Notes: generated from the sequence alone by a model not told the origin. DNA of 64,000 nt from Candidatus Latescibacterota bacterium (GCA_965203175.1 OZ241867.1:3456001-3520000), one strand, 5' to 3'; shown: positions 27,562 to 37,324, counted from the first letter of the stretch. A program made the numbers and translations.

Positions 27562-30500
27562 TTGCGCCGAGCGATTTTTTCCGCCATTGCCGCGCTGTTC
27601 CTCGCCGGAGCGGCCCAGGCCCAGATAAAAACCATCGTCACCGATCACTTCCGGGTCCATTACACGCTTGGAGCTGAGGGCACCGCGCGTCGCGTAGCCG
27701 AAACCTGCGAGGAGGTCTTTCCCACCCTTGCGGCGGCCTACGATTACTACGACGACTTCCGCACCATCCACGTCATCGTCCTCGACAACTCCGACGTGCT
27801 GGGCAACGGCTGGGCCAACTACTACAGCAATACCATGGCCATTTGGGCCACTAGCCTCGACTTTGAGCTGCGCGGCAGTCACGATTGGATTAAAAACGTG
27901 GTCACGCACGAGCTGACGCACATTATGACGCTCAACAAGGCGCGCAAGAAATGGCCCTTCCAGTTCGCGCTGCTCTCGGTCTCGCGCTTCGACTCTAATC
28001 CAGACATTAGGTTTATGTTCCCGCTGTACCATCTCAACGCACCGCGCGGCTGGACCGAGGGTATCGCCCAGTACGGGGCGCAAAAATTCGGTTACGACTC
28101 TTGGGATTCGCACCGCGACATGTTGCTGCGGATGGCGGTGCTGGAAGACGACCTGCTCTCGTGGGAGGAAATGGGGACGGTCTGGGACCGCATGGGCAAG
28201 TTCTACGGCGAGTTCGTGTACAATCAGGGCTACGCCATGATGGTGTACATCCACGAGCAGTACGGCGCTGAGAAAGTCGATGAACTGACGCATCAGATCG
28301 GCTCGATGAGCTTCGACCCGGCCATTCGTCGGGTGTTGGGCATTTCCGCCGACCAGTTTTACGCGGATTGGGTCGCCTTCTTGGCCGAGAATTACGGCCG
28401 CCTCGAGTCCGAGATTCGCGGGCAGGGCTTCTTTGAGGGCATGCCGCTGGACGAGGTCAACGAGGGCGTGCTCGAATATCATCCCGCGCTGTCGCCGGAC
28501 GGCAAAAAACTGGCGTACCTCACCAGCGAGAAGCGGGACTATGGGATCACGGTACTCAAAATCTACGATTTCGAGACGCGAAAAAAGACCGAGCTCAAAA
28601 ACTGGATAGATACGCGGATTAGCTGGTCACCCGACGGGGAGGAGATCGTCTTTGTCCGCAACAAGGGTGGCTTTAACGACCTCTATATCTACAACTTGGC
28701 CGAGGACAAGGAGCGCCGCATCAGCGCTAGGCTGCGCGCCAAAGACCCCTCGTTTTCCCCTGATGGCCAGCGCATCGCCTTTGTGCACAATGAAGACGGG
28801 ACCAACAACCTCGGCCTCATAGACCGCGACGGCACGGACTTGGTCTATCTGACGAACAACAACGATGCCACTCAATACATGGGGCCGCGCTTCTCGCCCG
28901 ACGGCGAGTGGCTGCTCTTTAGCGTGTTCCGCGGCGAGGACCGCGACATTGCGATGATTCGCGCCGATAGCCCGCCGCGGCCAAAGATCTTTGAGAAGAC
29001 GAAAAAGAAAAAGAAGAGCGAAGACGAAGAAGACGGAGAAAACGGAGAAGACGAGGAGGAGACCATCGACGTCTTTCCCGATACGGTTGCCTTCGCTCAT
29101 CCCGACTCGTCGGGGTTCCGCGCGCTCGTCGCCTCGTCGGCCGACGAGCGCGATCCGCATTGGCTGCCCGATGGCTCGGGTTTTGTATTTTCGTCGGACC
29201 AGAGCGGCATTTTCAACATCTACCGCTATCGCTTGGAAAACGACGAAATCGAACAGCTAACCAACGTCATCGGCGGGGCTTTTGTGCCGACTGTAGCCGC
29301 CGACGGGAGCGTGGTGTACAGTGGCTACCGCTCCAACGACTATAGTCTCTATCGCTTCGAAATGGGCGAATACGAACGCGATGCGCACTTCGAGCCGGTG
29401 GTGATGCGCGACTATCGCTCCATCTTCGACGGCCTCAAGCTCGCCGATCAGTTCCAGATCTCGACGTACAGAGGGCGCAACGTCTTGCGCTACATCCCGA
29501 TTCTACAGGTCGGCCCCACGTATGTTGGCAACACTTTTGGCCTCAATCAAGCCAGCGGCGGCTTGCAGTTTACCACGGGCGACATGTTCGGCGGGCAAGA
29601 ACTGACTGCTTGGGGCATTGCGGGCAAGAACATACGAAGAGCCACAGATCTCAATACGGATGTCGGCTTCTTCTACGAGCGCCGGCTCCGGCCGCAAGTG
29701 GGTAACAACCGGACCTTCAACCCCTCGTTTTACATAGCGGGCCGACGGCGCGAGATCGACAACTTGATCAAGGACAGCCAGGTCACGGTCGATACGCTCG
29801 GGGTGGGCAATATCTATCCGGTCCCAGTCGATTCGGTCACGAGCTTGCTCATCCCGGCGGCCCAGCAATACGTCTATCAGGGCATTAGTCGCCATGATCT
29901 GTTCAAGACCGCCTTGGGGCAACTCGCCGTGGGCGTCGATGTGCCGATGACCCGGCGCACCGAGTTGAACGCCCTCTACATATGGCGCAACTACTCCGAG
30001 GGCTGGTCCTTGCGCCACTTCCGCAGCCAGAACCAGATCTATGTTGGACAGCAGAAATATTCAGACTCAGACACTACTATGTACGACGTGTCGGCTATCT
30101 TAGACCCGGCGCTTTTGGCCCAAGACACCCTGTTGGTTAACAACGAGGATCCGCTGAAATTCTACGGCGATCTCAGCTTTTTTCGCACGCATATGTTGAG
30201 CATGTCTTGGCGCTACCGGAAGATCAACCCCACGGCCGACCGGTTGATCAGCCCATCGGGTCGCGCCATGGCCTTAGTCTATCGCTATTTGATGCCGACG
30301 GTAGCCGATTCGCTAGCCGAGCAAACACCCACCGATGGAGTCCCCCGCGACCAGTTCGCCGGCGTCGAGCGCCGCATGCGGGTCAACGAATACATCGCTG
30401 CATACAACGAGCGAATCAAGTTGCCGTTAGATAATTCGCTCAACATCGAGCTAATTGGCGCGTACAAAAACATCCGGGTCAAGCCTTACCCTATCCAGGA

Positions 30501-30966
30501 TGGCGGGTTTTTCGAGGGTCGCTACTACTGGCCCCTGCGATACTATATCGGCGGGCGCAACTTCCTCAGCGGCTACCCCTATTTCACCGATTCGGGTACC
30601 AAATTGCTCTACGCCCGCGTCGGCTACGGATTTCCGATCCTCAAGCGCATCAGCAGCCGCTTTATCAACTTCAACTTTTCCAAGCTCTACGCCGAGCTGT
30701 TCGCCGAAGCCGGGGCGGTGGGCAACTTCTCGCGCTTTGAGGATATTGACTTCTGGTCGGGCGAGCGATGGCGATCTTTGCCCAATACCGACAAATTCCT
30801 GACCAACGTGGGCGGCGAGTTGCGGCTACAGCTTTTTACCTTCTACCGCATCCCCATGTTCGCCTATTTCCAAGTGGCGCATCCGCTCAATCGCGACCGG
30901 GTTTCCAGCGGCGAGGACGCCCCCCTGATCGACAAGTGGCGCTACTACTTTGGGTTCGGACTGTGA
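27562..30966 (+). CDS. Outer-membrane protein: HExxH metallopeptidase-like domain + PD40/TolB propeller + Omp85-like barrel
   Basis: Start likely TTG 27562 (signal ..AAQA|Q); THELTH and WTEGIAQY; repeated P-x-[FWL]-SPDG; C-terminal strands ending YYFGFGL. Confidence 0.8.
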   Translation: MRRAIFSAIAALFLAGAAQAQIKTIVTDHFRVHYTLGAEGTARRVAETCEEVFPTLAAAYDYYDDFRTIHVIVLDNSDVLGNGWANYYSNTMAIWATSLDFELRGSHDWIKNVVTHELTHIMTLNKARKKWPFQFALLSVSRFDSNPDIRFMFPLYHLNAPRGWTEGIAQYGAQKFGYDSWDSHRDMLLRMAVLEDDLLSWEEMGTVWDRMGKFYGEFVYNQGYAMMVYIHEQYGAEKVDELTHQIGSMSFDPAIRRVLGISADQFYADWVAFLAENYGRLESEIRGQGFFEGMPLDEVNEGVLEYHPALSPDGKKLAYLTSEKRDYGITVLKIYDFETRKKTELKNWIDTRISWSPDGEEIVFVRNKGGFNDLYIYNLAEDKERRISARLRAKDPSFSPDGQRIAFVHNEDGTNNLGLIDRDGTDLVYLTNNNDATQYMGPRFSPDGEWLLFSVFRGEDRDIAMIRADSPPRPKIFEKTKKKKKSEDEEDGENGEDEEETIDVFPDTVAFAHPDSSGFRALVASSADERDPHWLPDGSGFVFSSDQSGIFNIYRYRLENDEIEQLTNVIGGAFVPTVAADGSVVYSGYRSNDYSLYRFEMGEYERDAHFEPVVMRDYRSIFDGLKLADQFQISTYRGRNVLRYIPILQVGPTYVGNTFGLNQASGGLQFTTGDMFGGQELTAWGIAGKNIRRATDLNTDVGFFYERRLRPQVGNNRTFNPSFYIAGRRREIDNLIKDSQVTVDTLGVGNIYPVPVDSVTSLLIPAAQQYVYQGISRHDLFKTALGQLAVGVDVPMTRRTELNALYIWRNYSEGWSLRHFRSQNQIYVGQQKYSDSDTTMYDVSAILDPALLAQDTLLVNNEDPLKFYGDLSFFRTHMLSMSWRYRKINPTADRLISPSGRAMALVYRYLMPTVADSLAEQTPTDGVPRDQFAGVERRMRVNEYIAAYNERIKLPLDNSLNIELIGAYKNIRVKPYPIQDGGFFEGRYYWPLRYYIGGRNFLSGYPYFTDSGTKLLYARVGYGFPILKRISSRFINFNFSKLYAELFAEAGAVGNFSRFEDIDFWSGERWRSLPNTDKFLTNVGGELRLQLFTFYRIPMFAYFQVAHPLNRDRVSSGEDAPLIDKWRYYFGFGL

Positions 30967-31112
30967 AACGCGAAGATCGTCAGGCGGGCAAAGTCGATTT
31001 GCACAAGCTAGCCTTGCGGCTCAAGGTGATAGAAATGATCGGCATCTACGCTCACCGCCGCCGCCTCGACGAGGCCTATTTGCGCTGGTATCGCTTGATC
31101 CAGCCCAACTGA
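30963..31112 (+). CDS. Small hypothetical protein (49 aa)
   Basis: GTG overlaps the upstream TGA (GTGA) and the ORF fills the gap to the convergent gene; MKREDRQAGKVDLHKLALRLKVIEMIGIYAHRRRLDEAYLRWYRLIQPN. Confidence 0.4.
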   Translation: MKREDRQAGKVDLHKLALRLKVIEMIGIYAHRRRLDEAYLRWYRLIQPN

Positions 31113-31115
31113 TCT

Positions 31116-31640
31116 TCAAGTTCGGTCTTGTTGCAAGATCCTGAGCGCGAGCTGAGCGTAGCTCAAGCTGGAGACGACGACCAAGGCCGCTGCTGTCATG
31201 ACTAGTCCTGTGCGCAAGCTAGCCGGGATCTCGATGACGTAGCTGAGGGCCGTGAGCACCATGCAGAGGGTCGTGTATTTACCCCAGCGATTGGCGGCAA
31301 TGACCAGCCCTTGTGAACGCAAGAGCAATCCCCCCACTAGTACGATTCCCAAATCGCGGACAAAGAGCATCCCCAAGAGCCACAGCGGCAAATCGCGCCA
31401 GAGGACTAACCCGCCGAGCAGGCAGGTGAGGAAAATTTTATCGGCCAGTGGGTCGAGTATCTTGCCGAGGCGGGAGACTTGGTTGTAGCGCCGCGCCACC
31501 CAGCCGTCGCCGATGTCCGTGATACCGGCAATGAGCAGTAGGAGCACGGCTTGGAGTTGGGCCGTCGGCCCTTGGGCGATGAAGTAGAGTAGAAAGGGGA
31601 TGAGCAGAACCCGCAGGACGCTGAGGAAATTGGCCAACAT
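31116..31640 (-). CDS. pgsA: CDP-alcohol phosphatidyltransferase (PgsA-like)
   Basis: ANFLSVLR, TDIGDGWVARRYNQVSRLGKILDPLADK; start ATG 31640. Confidence 0.85.
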   Translation of the reverse strand: MLANFLSVLRVLLIPFLLYFIAQGPTAQLQAVLLLLIAGITDIGDGWVARRYNQVSRLGKILDPLADKIFLTCLLGGLVLWRDLPLWLLGMLFVRDLGIVLVGGLLLRSQGLVIAANRWGKYTTLCMVLTALSYVIEIPASLRTGLVMTAAALVVVSSLSYAQLALRILQQDRT

Positions 31641-31647
31641 TGCCGGG

Positions 31648-33339
31648 CTATCGCAGCATTTCGCGGGCGTGTTGGCGCGCCGTATCCGAAATGGTCTCGC
31701 CAGCCAACAGATAGGCAATTTCTTCGGCGCGGGCCTTGGCGTCGAGTAGCACGACCTCGGTAGTGGTCCGCTGTTGTTCCTGCTGCTTGCGCACTGAAAA
31801 GTGTTGGTCGGCGAGGCTGGCAATCTGCGGCAGGTGGGTGATGACGATGGTTTGGCGCGCTGCGGAGAGGGCTTGTAGTTTGCGGCCAACGGCCGCGGCG
31901 ATGCGCCCCGAGATCCCGGCGTCGATTTCGTCAAAGACCAAAGTCGAAACGAGGTCGCGCCCGGCGACTGCTTCCTTGAGGGCGAGCATTACGCGCGAAA
32001 TTTCCCCGCCCGAGGCAATGCGCGCTAGAGATCGCGGGGCTTCGCCGGCATTGGCGGAAATGTGGAAGGCGACGTGCTCCATGCCGTGTTCTCCGGCCGC
32101 GTAGCGACGCCCGTCGCGCTCGACTATCCCCTCTAGGTCTTCGGTGGTTGCCAGTTCGATGTAGAACTGGGCCTTAGCCATGCCCAACTCTCCGAGCACG
32201 GCGACTAACGACCGCGACAAGGTGGCACTGGCCTGCTGGCGAGCCGCAGAAAGGGCCAGACAACAGGTGGCAAACTCGGCGAGTGCTTGATCGCGGTGCT
32301 CGGCCGCTTGGGCTAGTTCGTCGCGGAGCAGGCTAGCGCGGTCTTCTCGCGCCGCAAGCTCGCGGGCGCGTTCTAAGACGGCATCAAGAGTGCCGCCGTA
32401 TTTCTTTTTGAGGGTGCGCAGGCTGTCGCGGCGCTCGCGCAGTTCGTCGGCCCGCCCAGGACGCACCTCAATTCCGCGGGCATAGTCGCGGAGTTGGCTG
32501 GCGAGATCTTCGACCTCGTAGATCAGCTCTTCTAAGGCCGCAGTTTGGGGGCCGAGCGCAGGGTCGATTTCGCGGAGTTGGTCGAGTTGACGACGCACTT
32601 GGCTGAGAATCTCGTACACCGCGCCTTCGCGCTGATAGAGTCGGTCGTAGAGTTGAAGGCCGCCTTGGGATAGGGTCTCGGCGTTTTCGAGAACTTGCAA
32701 CTCGCGCTCTATCTCGGGCTCTTCACCCGGTCGCGGTGTGAGGAGGCGGATTTCTTCTAACTGGAAAGTGCGCAGTTCGTCTTCGGCTGCGAGCGCGTCG
32801 CGCTCTGCGCGCAACTGGTCGAGACGGGCTACGCTATCGCGGTAAGCGCGCCAGTGCTGTCCCACGAGGCGGCGCTGGTTGTCGAGGCCGGCAAACGCAT
32901 CGAGAAAGCGGGCGTGGAGCTTGGGATCGAGTAGCGATTGGTGTTCGTGTTGGCCGTGCAGATCTACCAAGATCGCGCCGATTTGCTTTAGCTGCTTGAT
33001 TGGTTGACCTTGGCCGTTGACAAAGGCCCGCGAGCGGCCTTGGCCGCGAATCTCGCGGCGGAGGATGAGTTGTCCGTCCTCCAAGAGAACGCCCAGATCG
33101 GCTAAACGCGCGATTTGATCTTGGTCGCCGAGTTCAAAAAAGCCCTCTACCGCGCACGAGTTAGCCCCTTTGCGCACTAGCTCAGCGCTGACGGGACCAC
33201 CGAGGATGGAGTTGAGGGCACCGATGAGAATGGACTTGCCGGCCCCAGTTTCGCCGGTGACGACGTTGAGTCCGGGGCCAAATTCGATTATCGCTTCTTC
33301 GATAAGGGCAAAGTCCTTGATGTAGAGGCGAGTCAACAT
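31648..33339 (-). CDS. recN: DNA repair protein RecN
   Basis: TGETGAGKS, HGQHEHQ, ASGGEISR, FDEIDAG, ITHLPQIA. Confidence 0.97.
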   Translation of the reverse strand: MLTRLYIKDFALIEEAIIEFGPGLNVVTGETGAGKSILIGALNSILGGPVSAELVRKGANSCAVEGFFELGDQDQIARLADLGVLLEDGQLILRREIRGQGRSRAFVNGQGQPIKQLKQIGAILVDLHGQHEHQSLLDPKLHARFLDAFAGLDNQRRLVGQHWRAYRDSVARLDQLRAERDALAAEDELRTFQLEEIRLLTPRPGEEPEIERELQVLENAETLSQGGLQLYDRLYQREGAVYEILSQVRRQLDQLREIDPALGPQTAALEELIYEVEDLASQLRDYARGIEVRPGRADELRERRDSLRTLKKKYGGTLDAVLERARELAAREDRASLLRDELAQAAEHRDQALAEFATCCLALSAARQQASATLSRSLVAVLGELGMAKAQFYIELATTEDLEGIVERDGRRYAAGEHGMEHVAFHISANAGEAPRSLARIASGGEISRVMLALKEAVAGRDLVSTLVFDEIDAGISGRIAAAVGRKLQALSAARQTIVITHLPQIASLADQHFSVRKQQEQQRTTTEVVLLDAKARAEEIAYLLAGETISDTARQHAREMLR

Positions 33340-33360
33340 CGGGCCGAGGCCGAGAGGCAG

Positions 33361-33588
33361 TTATTGGTCGTCGTCGTCCAGAAAGGAGAGGCGGAACTGG
33401 CCCTCGGCGTCGGCTGTGAGGACTTGGACGCGCTCGCGGGTCTGGTCGAGCCACTGGCTGCAAGCGCGCGAGGCGGCGACGCCCTTTTCAAATACTTCGA
33501 GGGCCTCTTCGAGCTTGAGATCGCCCGCTTCGAGGCGCTGGACGCTCTCTTCGAGCACGGCTAGGGATTCTTCAAAAGATTCACTCAT
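33361..33588 (-). CDS. xseB: Exodeoxyribonuclease VII small subunit
   Basis: SFEESL...LE...LEEAL..FEKG; start ATG 33588 overlaps the xseA end. Confidence 0.92.
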   Translation of the reverse strand: MSESFEESLAVLEESVQRLEAGDLKLEEALEVFEKGVAASRACSQWLDQTRERVQVLTADAEGQFRLSFLDDDDQ

Positions 33589-34825
33589 CGAGTTTCTCCT
33601 CCACACAGCAGATGGCACCTCCGCGGCGAAAGCGCAGTTGCAGTTTATCGCCCGGCTGAAGCTCGTCGCTGGCGCGGACGAGGCGTTTGTTGGCGACATG
33701 TTCCACTAGGGCAAAGCCGCGCGCTAAACTCGTAAGCGGGCTGAGGTCGTCGAGGCGGGTGGTGGCGTTAGCTAGGGCTTCGACCTGGGTGCGCAAAAAC
33801 CAATCGAAGGCGGTAGAAAGGGCTTGACGCCGCTCGTCGAGGTGTAGGCTTTGCTCCTGCAAGCGGTCGTCGAGGCGTGCGCGCAGACGGCTCGGGTCGC
33901 AGTAGCGCAATCGCTCCTCTAAAGAGCTGAGGTAGCGCTCGATTTCCGCTAGCAACCGGCCTTGTTGTTCGGCGACTCGCTCGCGCAGAGCACTGCGTTC
34001 ACGGGCGACCATTTCGGCTGCGGCCGAGGGAGTTGGGGCGCGGCAGTCGGCCACGTAGTCGGCGATGGTATAGTCGATCTCGTGACCGACGGCAGAGATG
34101 ACGGGCTGGGACGACTGGTAGATAGCCCGAGCGACGGATTCGTCGTTGAAGGGCCAGAGGTCTTCTGGCGCGCCGCCGCCGCGGCCGACGATCAACACGT
34201 CGATGTCGTCTAGTTGATTTAAATTGACGATGGCTTCGACGATCTCAGCGGTGGCCCCTTCGCCTTGGACCCGTGCGGGGCAGAGGACGATCTCGATATC
34301 CGGGGCGCGGCGGTCGAGGACTTGGATGATGTCGCGGATGGCCGCACCGGTTGGCGAGGTCACTACACCGATTTTGCGAGGGTACGGGGGCAGGGGTCGC
34401 TTGCGGTCTTCGGCGAATAGCCCTTCGGCCTCTAGGCGATTTTTGAGCTGCTCAAAGGCGATGGCCAACTCGCCGACACCAGCGGGTTTGAGCTGCTCGG
34501 CATAGAACTGGTATTTCCCTCCTCGCTCGTACACGGAGATATGTCCATACACTTGCACCTGCATGCCCTGTTGGGGGCTGAAGGAGAGCGAGCCAGCCTG
34601 CCACTTGAACATCACTGCGCTTAGTTGGCTCGCATTGTCTTTGAGCGTGAAATAGCGGTGGCCAGAGCTGTGGTGGTTGTACTGAGAGATTTCGCCCTCG
34701 ACCCAGCATTTGGGCAGGTTCTCCTCGAGCAGGCCCTTGACTTGGCTAGTGATTTCGGAGACTGAGTAAGGCCGGTGGGCTGCGTCTTCGGCGTCGGTCC
34801 AGAAGACTGGCTCTTGAAAGGACAT
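33581..34825 (-). CDS. xseA: Exodeoxyribonuclease VII large subunit
   Basis: WVEGEIS, SGHRYFTLKD, VVTSPTGAAIRD, GRGGG, SAVGHEID, APTPSAAAE. Confidence 0.97.
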   Translation of the reverse strand: MSFQEPVFWTDAEDAAHRPYSVSEITSQVKGLLEENLPKCWVEGEISQYNHHSSGHRYFTLKDNASQLSAVMFKWQAGSLSFSPQQGMQVQVYGHISVYERGGKYQFYAEQLKPAGVGELAIAFEQLKNRLEAEGLFAEDRKRPLPPYPRKIGVVTSPTGAAIRDIIQVLDRRAPDIEIVLCPARVQGEGATAEIVEAIVNLNQLDDIDVLIVGRGGGAPEDLWPFNDESVARAIYQSSQPVISAVGHEIDYTIADYVADCRAPTPSAAAEMVARERSALRERVAEQQGRLLAEIERYLSSLEERLRYCDPSRLRARLDDRLQEQSLHLDERRQALSTAFDWFLRTQVEALANATTRLDDLSPLTSLARGFALVEHVANKRLVRASDELQPGDKLQLRFRRGGAICCVEEKLDE

Positions 34826-34891
34826 AGGTCCTCCGGTTGGGGAAGCGGAAGCCGATTGGAGCAAACAGGATAGGCCGCAGCAGGGGCGAGG

Positions 34892-35674
34892 TCAAGGCTC
34901 CGCTAGCTGCAATCGCTCGATCCGAATAGCCCGGCCGCTTATCTCGTCGGCCTCGACGAGCGCGCCGCAGAGGACCGCTTTGCCGTCAGCGGGTTTGAAG
35001 CGGGTGGGTACTTGGGTGAGGAAGCGTTGGATGGCCATTTCGGGACGCACGCCAATCACGGATTCGCGGGTGCCGGTCATGCCGGCGTCGGTTAGGTACG
35101 CCGTGCCTTTGGGCAGGATGTGCTCATCTGCGGTTTGCACGTGGGTGTGGGTGCCGATGACTGCGGTGACCAATCCGTCGAGGTGGAAGCCCATGGCCAT
35201 TTTTTCGGCTGTAGCTTCGGCGTGGAAATCCACAAAGATTAGAGGAGTCTCTGCGCGCAGGCGTTCGACTTCGGCACGGCCCGTGCGGAAGGGGCAATCG
35301 GTAATGGGCATACCGGTGCGCCCTTGGAGACAGAGCACGGCTACCGGGGGACCTCCGCGTGCGGCAACGACGGTCGCACCTATGCCGGGGGCCTCTTTTG
35401 GGTAGTTGAAGGGGCGTAGGACGCGGTCGGATTGGTCTAGGTACGGGATGAACTCGCGGCGGTCCCAGACGTGGTTGCCGCTAGTGATGATGTCGGCACC
35501 GTAGCTGTGCAACTTGTGCGCGATGCGGTCGGTGAGGCCAAATCCTCCGGCTGCATTTTCGCCGTTGGCGATTACTAGAGAGACTTCGCGCTGTTGCACC
35601 AACTTGGGAATCAGAGCCGCGGCGACCCGGCGACCCGGCTGGGCAAAGATATCGGCGACGAAGAGAATGTTCAC
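34892..35674 (-). CDS. ymdB: TIGR00282/YmdB family metallophosphoesterase
   Basis: NGENAAGG, TSGNHVWD, DFHAEATAEK, GTHTHVQTAD; follows rny. Confidence 0.95.
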   Translation of the reverse strand: MNILFVADIFAQPGRRVAAALIPKLVQQREVSLVIANGENAAGGFGLTDRIAHKLHSYGADIITSGNHVWDRREFIPYLDQSDRVLRPFNYPKEAPGIGATVVAARGGPPVAVLCLQGRTGMPITDCPFRTGRAEVERLRAETPLIFVDFHAEATAEKMAMGFHLDGLVTAVIGTHTHVQTADEHILPKGTAYLTDAGMTGTRESVIGVRPEMAIQRFLTQVPTRFKPADGKAVLCGALVEADEISGRAIRIERLQLAEP

Positions 35675-37245
35675 CGCGCGTAGGACTCGGCGCGCATTTC
35701 GCGAATGATGCAGACGCGCAACTGACCGGGATATTCGAGCTGTTGCTCGATTTTGTTGGTGATTTCGTCGGCGAGTTGTTCGGCATACGTGTCGTCCACC
35801 ACCCCACTATCGACCAAGACCCGAACTTCCTTGCCATTTTGCAGAGCAAAAGCTTGCTTCACGCCTACGTAATCGGCCGCGAGTTCCTCAATCTGGTGTA
35901 AGCGGCGGATGTACTCCTCGACTTTTTCCTTGCGGGCACCTGGGCGGTGGGTGGATATCTCATTGGCAGATTCGACGAGTACGGAGATGGCCGAACGCGA
36001 GGGCGTGTGCTTGCTGTGGGTTTCGATGATCTGCACGACTTCAGGGCTTTCGCCGCACTTGCGGGCCAGCACGGCGCTGCTTTGCGCTGGGTCGTTGCCC
36101 AACTCGAAGTCTTGTGCCTTGCCTATGTCGTGCAAGAGACCAGCGCGGCGGGCCAACGTCACGTCGAGGTCGAGCATCTCGGCCATCATGCCGGCTAAGA
36201 ACCCGACTTCCTTGCTGTGGACCAACAAGTTTTGACCGTAGCTGGTGCGGAAACGGAGCTTGCCCAGAATTTCCAATAGCGGCTCGGCCAAGTCGTGAAT
36301 ACCGAGGTCAAAGGCGGCTTTGGAGCCGGACTCGCGGATCATCTCCTCGACAGTGCTGCGAGCCTTGTCGTACACTTCCTCGACGCGCCCGGGATGGATG
36401 CGCCCATCGCGGATGAGCGTTTCGAGGGTATGCCTGGCCACCTCGCGGCGCAGTGGATCAAAGCCCGAGAGCATGACCATGCTAGGGGTATCATCGACGA
36501 TTACTTCGACGCCGGTGATCATTTCAAAGGAGCGGATGTTGCGCCCGTCGCGACCGATGATGCGTCCCTTCATGTCGTCGAAGGGGATGGGTACTACCGA
36601 AAGCGTACTCTCGACGGTCAGCTCTCCTGCGAAACGCTGGATGGCGCGGGTGATGATTTCCTTGGCCTCTAGGTTGGCCGTGGCAATCGCGGTATCCTTG
36701 ATCTCGCGGACCCTGCGGGCGGCGACTCGGCGCGCCCCCCCCTCTAGCTGATCAACGAGTATGCGTCGGGCCTCTTGCTGGCTGATGCCAGCCAACTCTT
36801 CCAGCCGCTGACTCTGCTGGTGGACAAGATCCTGTGCTTGCGTCTCGGCTGCAGCTATGGCCGCCTCGCGGCGGTCGAGGTCCTGCTCGTTTTTGAGCTG
36901 TTCTCGCTCCTTGCTTGTGAGCAAGTCTATTTTGCGCTCTAGTTGCTGTTCGCGCTCTAGCAGCTTGGCCGCGAGGTCGCGCTGCGAGCGCCTCTGCGTC
37001 TCTTGTTCCTTTTCCAGCGGGGCGCGCTCGCTGTGCCACTCGTCTCTCGCTTCGAGCAAGGCATTTTTTTTCAGCACTTCGGCTTCTTGGCGGGCGCGAG
37101 AGACGATCTGATCGGCGGTAGCTTGAGTGCTGCGCAGTCTGCTGTTGCGCACTCGCTCATTTCCCAACCAGCCGAGGAGACAGCCGCCAGCAAAAAAGGC
37201 AAAGGCAGAACAGATTAGGACTATATAGTCAAACCCATTAAACAT
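35671..37245 (-). CDS. rny: Ribonuclease Y
   Basis: N-terminal TM, coiled coil, KH domain (MKGRIIGRDGRNIR), HD domain (LLHDIGK); alternative start at 37284. Confidence 0.95.
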   Translation of the reverse strand: MFNGFDYIVLICSAFAFFAGGCLLGWLGNERVRNSRLRSTQATADQIVSRARQEAEVLKKNALLEARDEWHSERAPLEKEQETQRRSQRDLAAKLLEREQQLERKIDLLTSKEREQLKNEQDLDRREAAIAAAETQAQDLVHQQSQRLEELAGISQQEARRILVDQLEGGARRVAARRVREIKDTAIATANLEAKEIITRAIQRFAGELTVESTLSVVPIPFDDMKGRIIGRDGRNIRSFEMITGVEVIVDDTPSMVMLSGFDPLRREVARHTLETLIRDGRIHPGRVEEVYDKARSTVEEMIRESGSKAAFDLGIHDLAEPLLEILGKLRFRTSYGQNLLVHSKEVGFLAGMMAEMLDLDVTLARRAGLLHDIGKAQDFELGNDPAQSSAVLARKCGESPEVVQIIETHSKHTPSRSAISVLVESANEISTHRPGARKEKVEEYIRRLHQIEELAADYVGVKQAFALQNGKEVRVLVDSGVVDDTYAEQLADEITNKIEQQLEYPGQLRVCIIREMRAESYAR

Positions 37246-37324
37246 GGGTGTCTCTTTCTCATGGGGCTCGACGCCTTCGGGCATCGGGCCAGAGCACGGG
37301 GCGAACCCTGCTCAGCACACTGCT

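Noticed and set aside
27499-28482. 327-aa antisense ORF
   Set aside because: Shadow of a well-formed plus-strand gene, expected from high-GC codon bias.
31641-31934. Extended N-terminus of the pgsA-like ORF
   Set aside because: Lies inside recN; family homology starts at ATG 31640.
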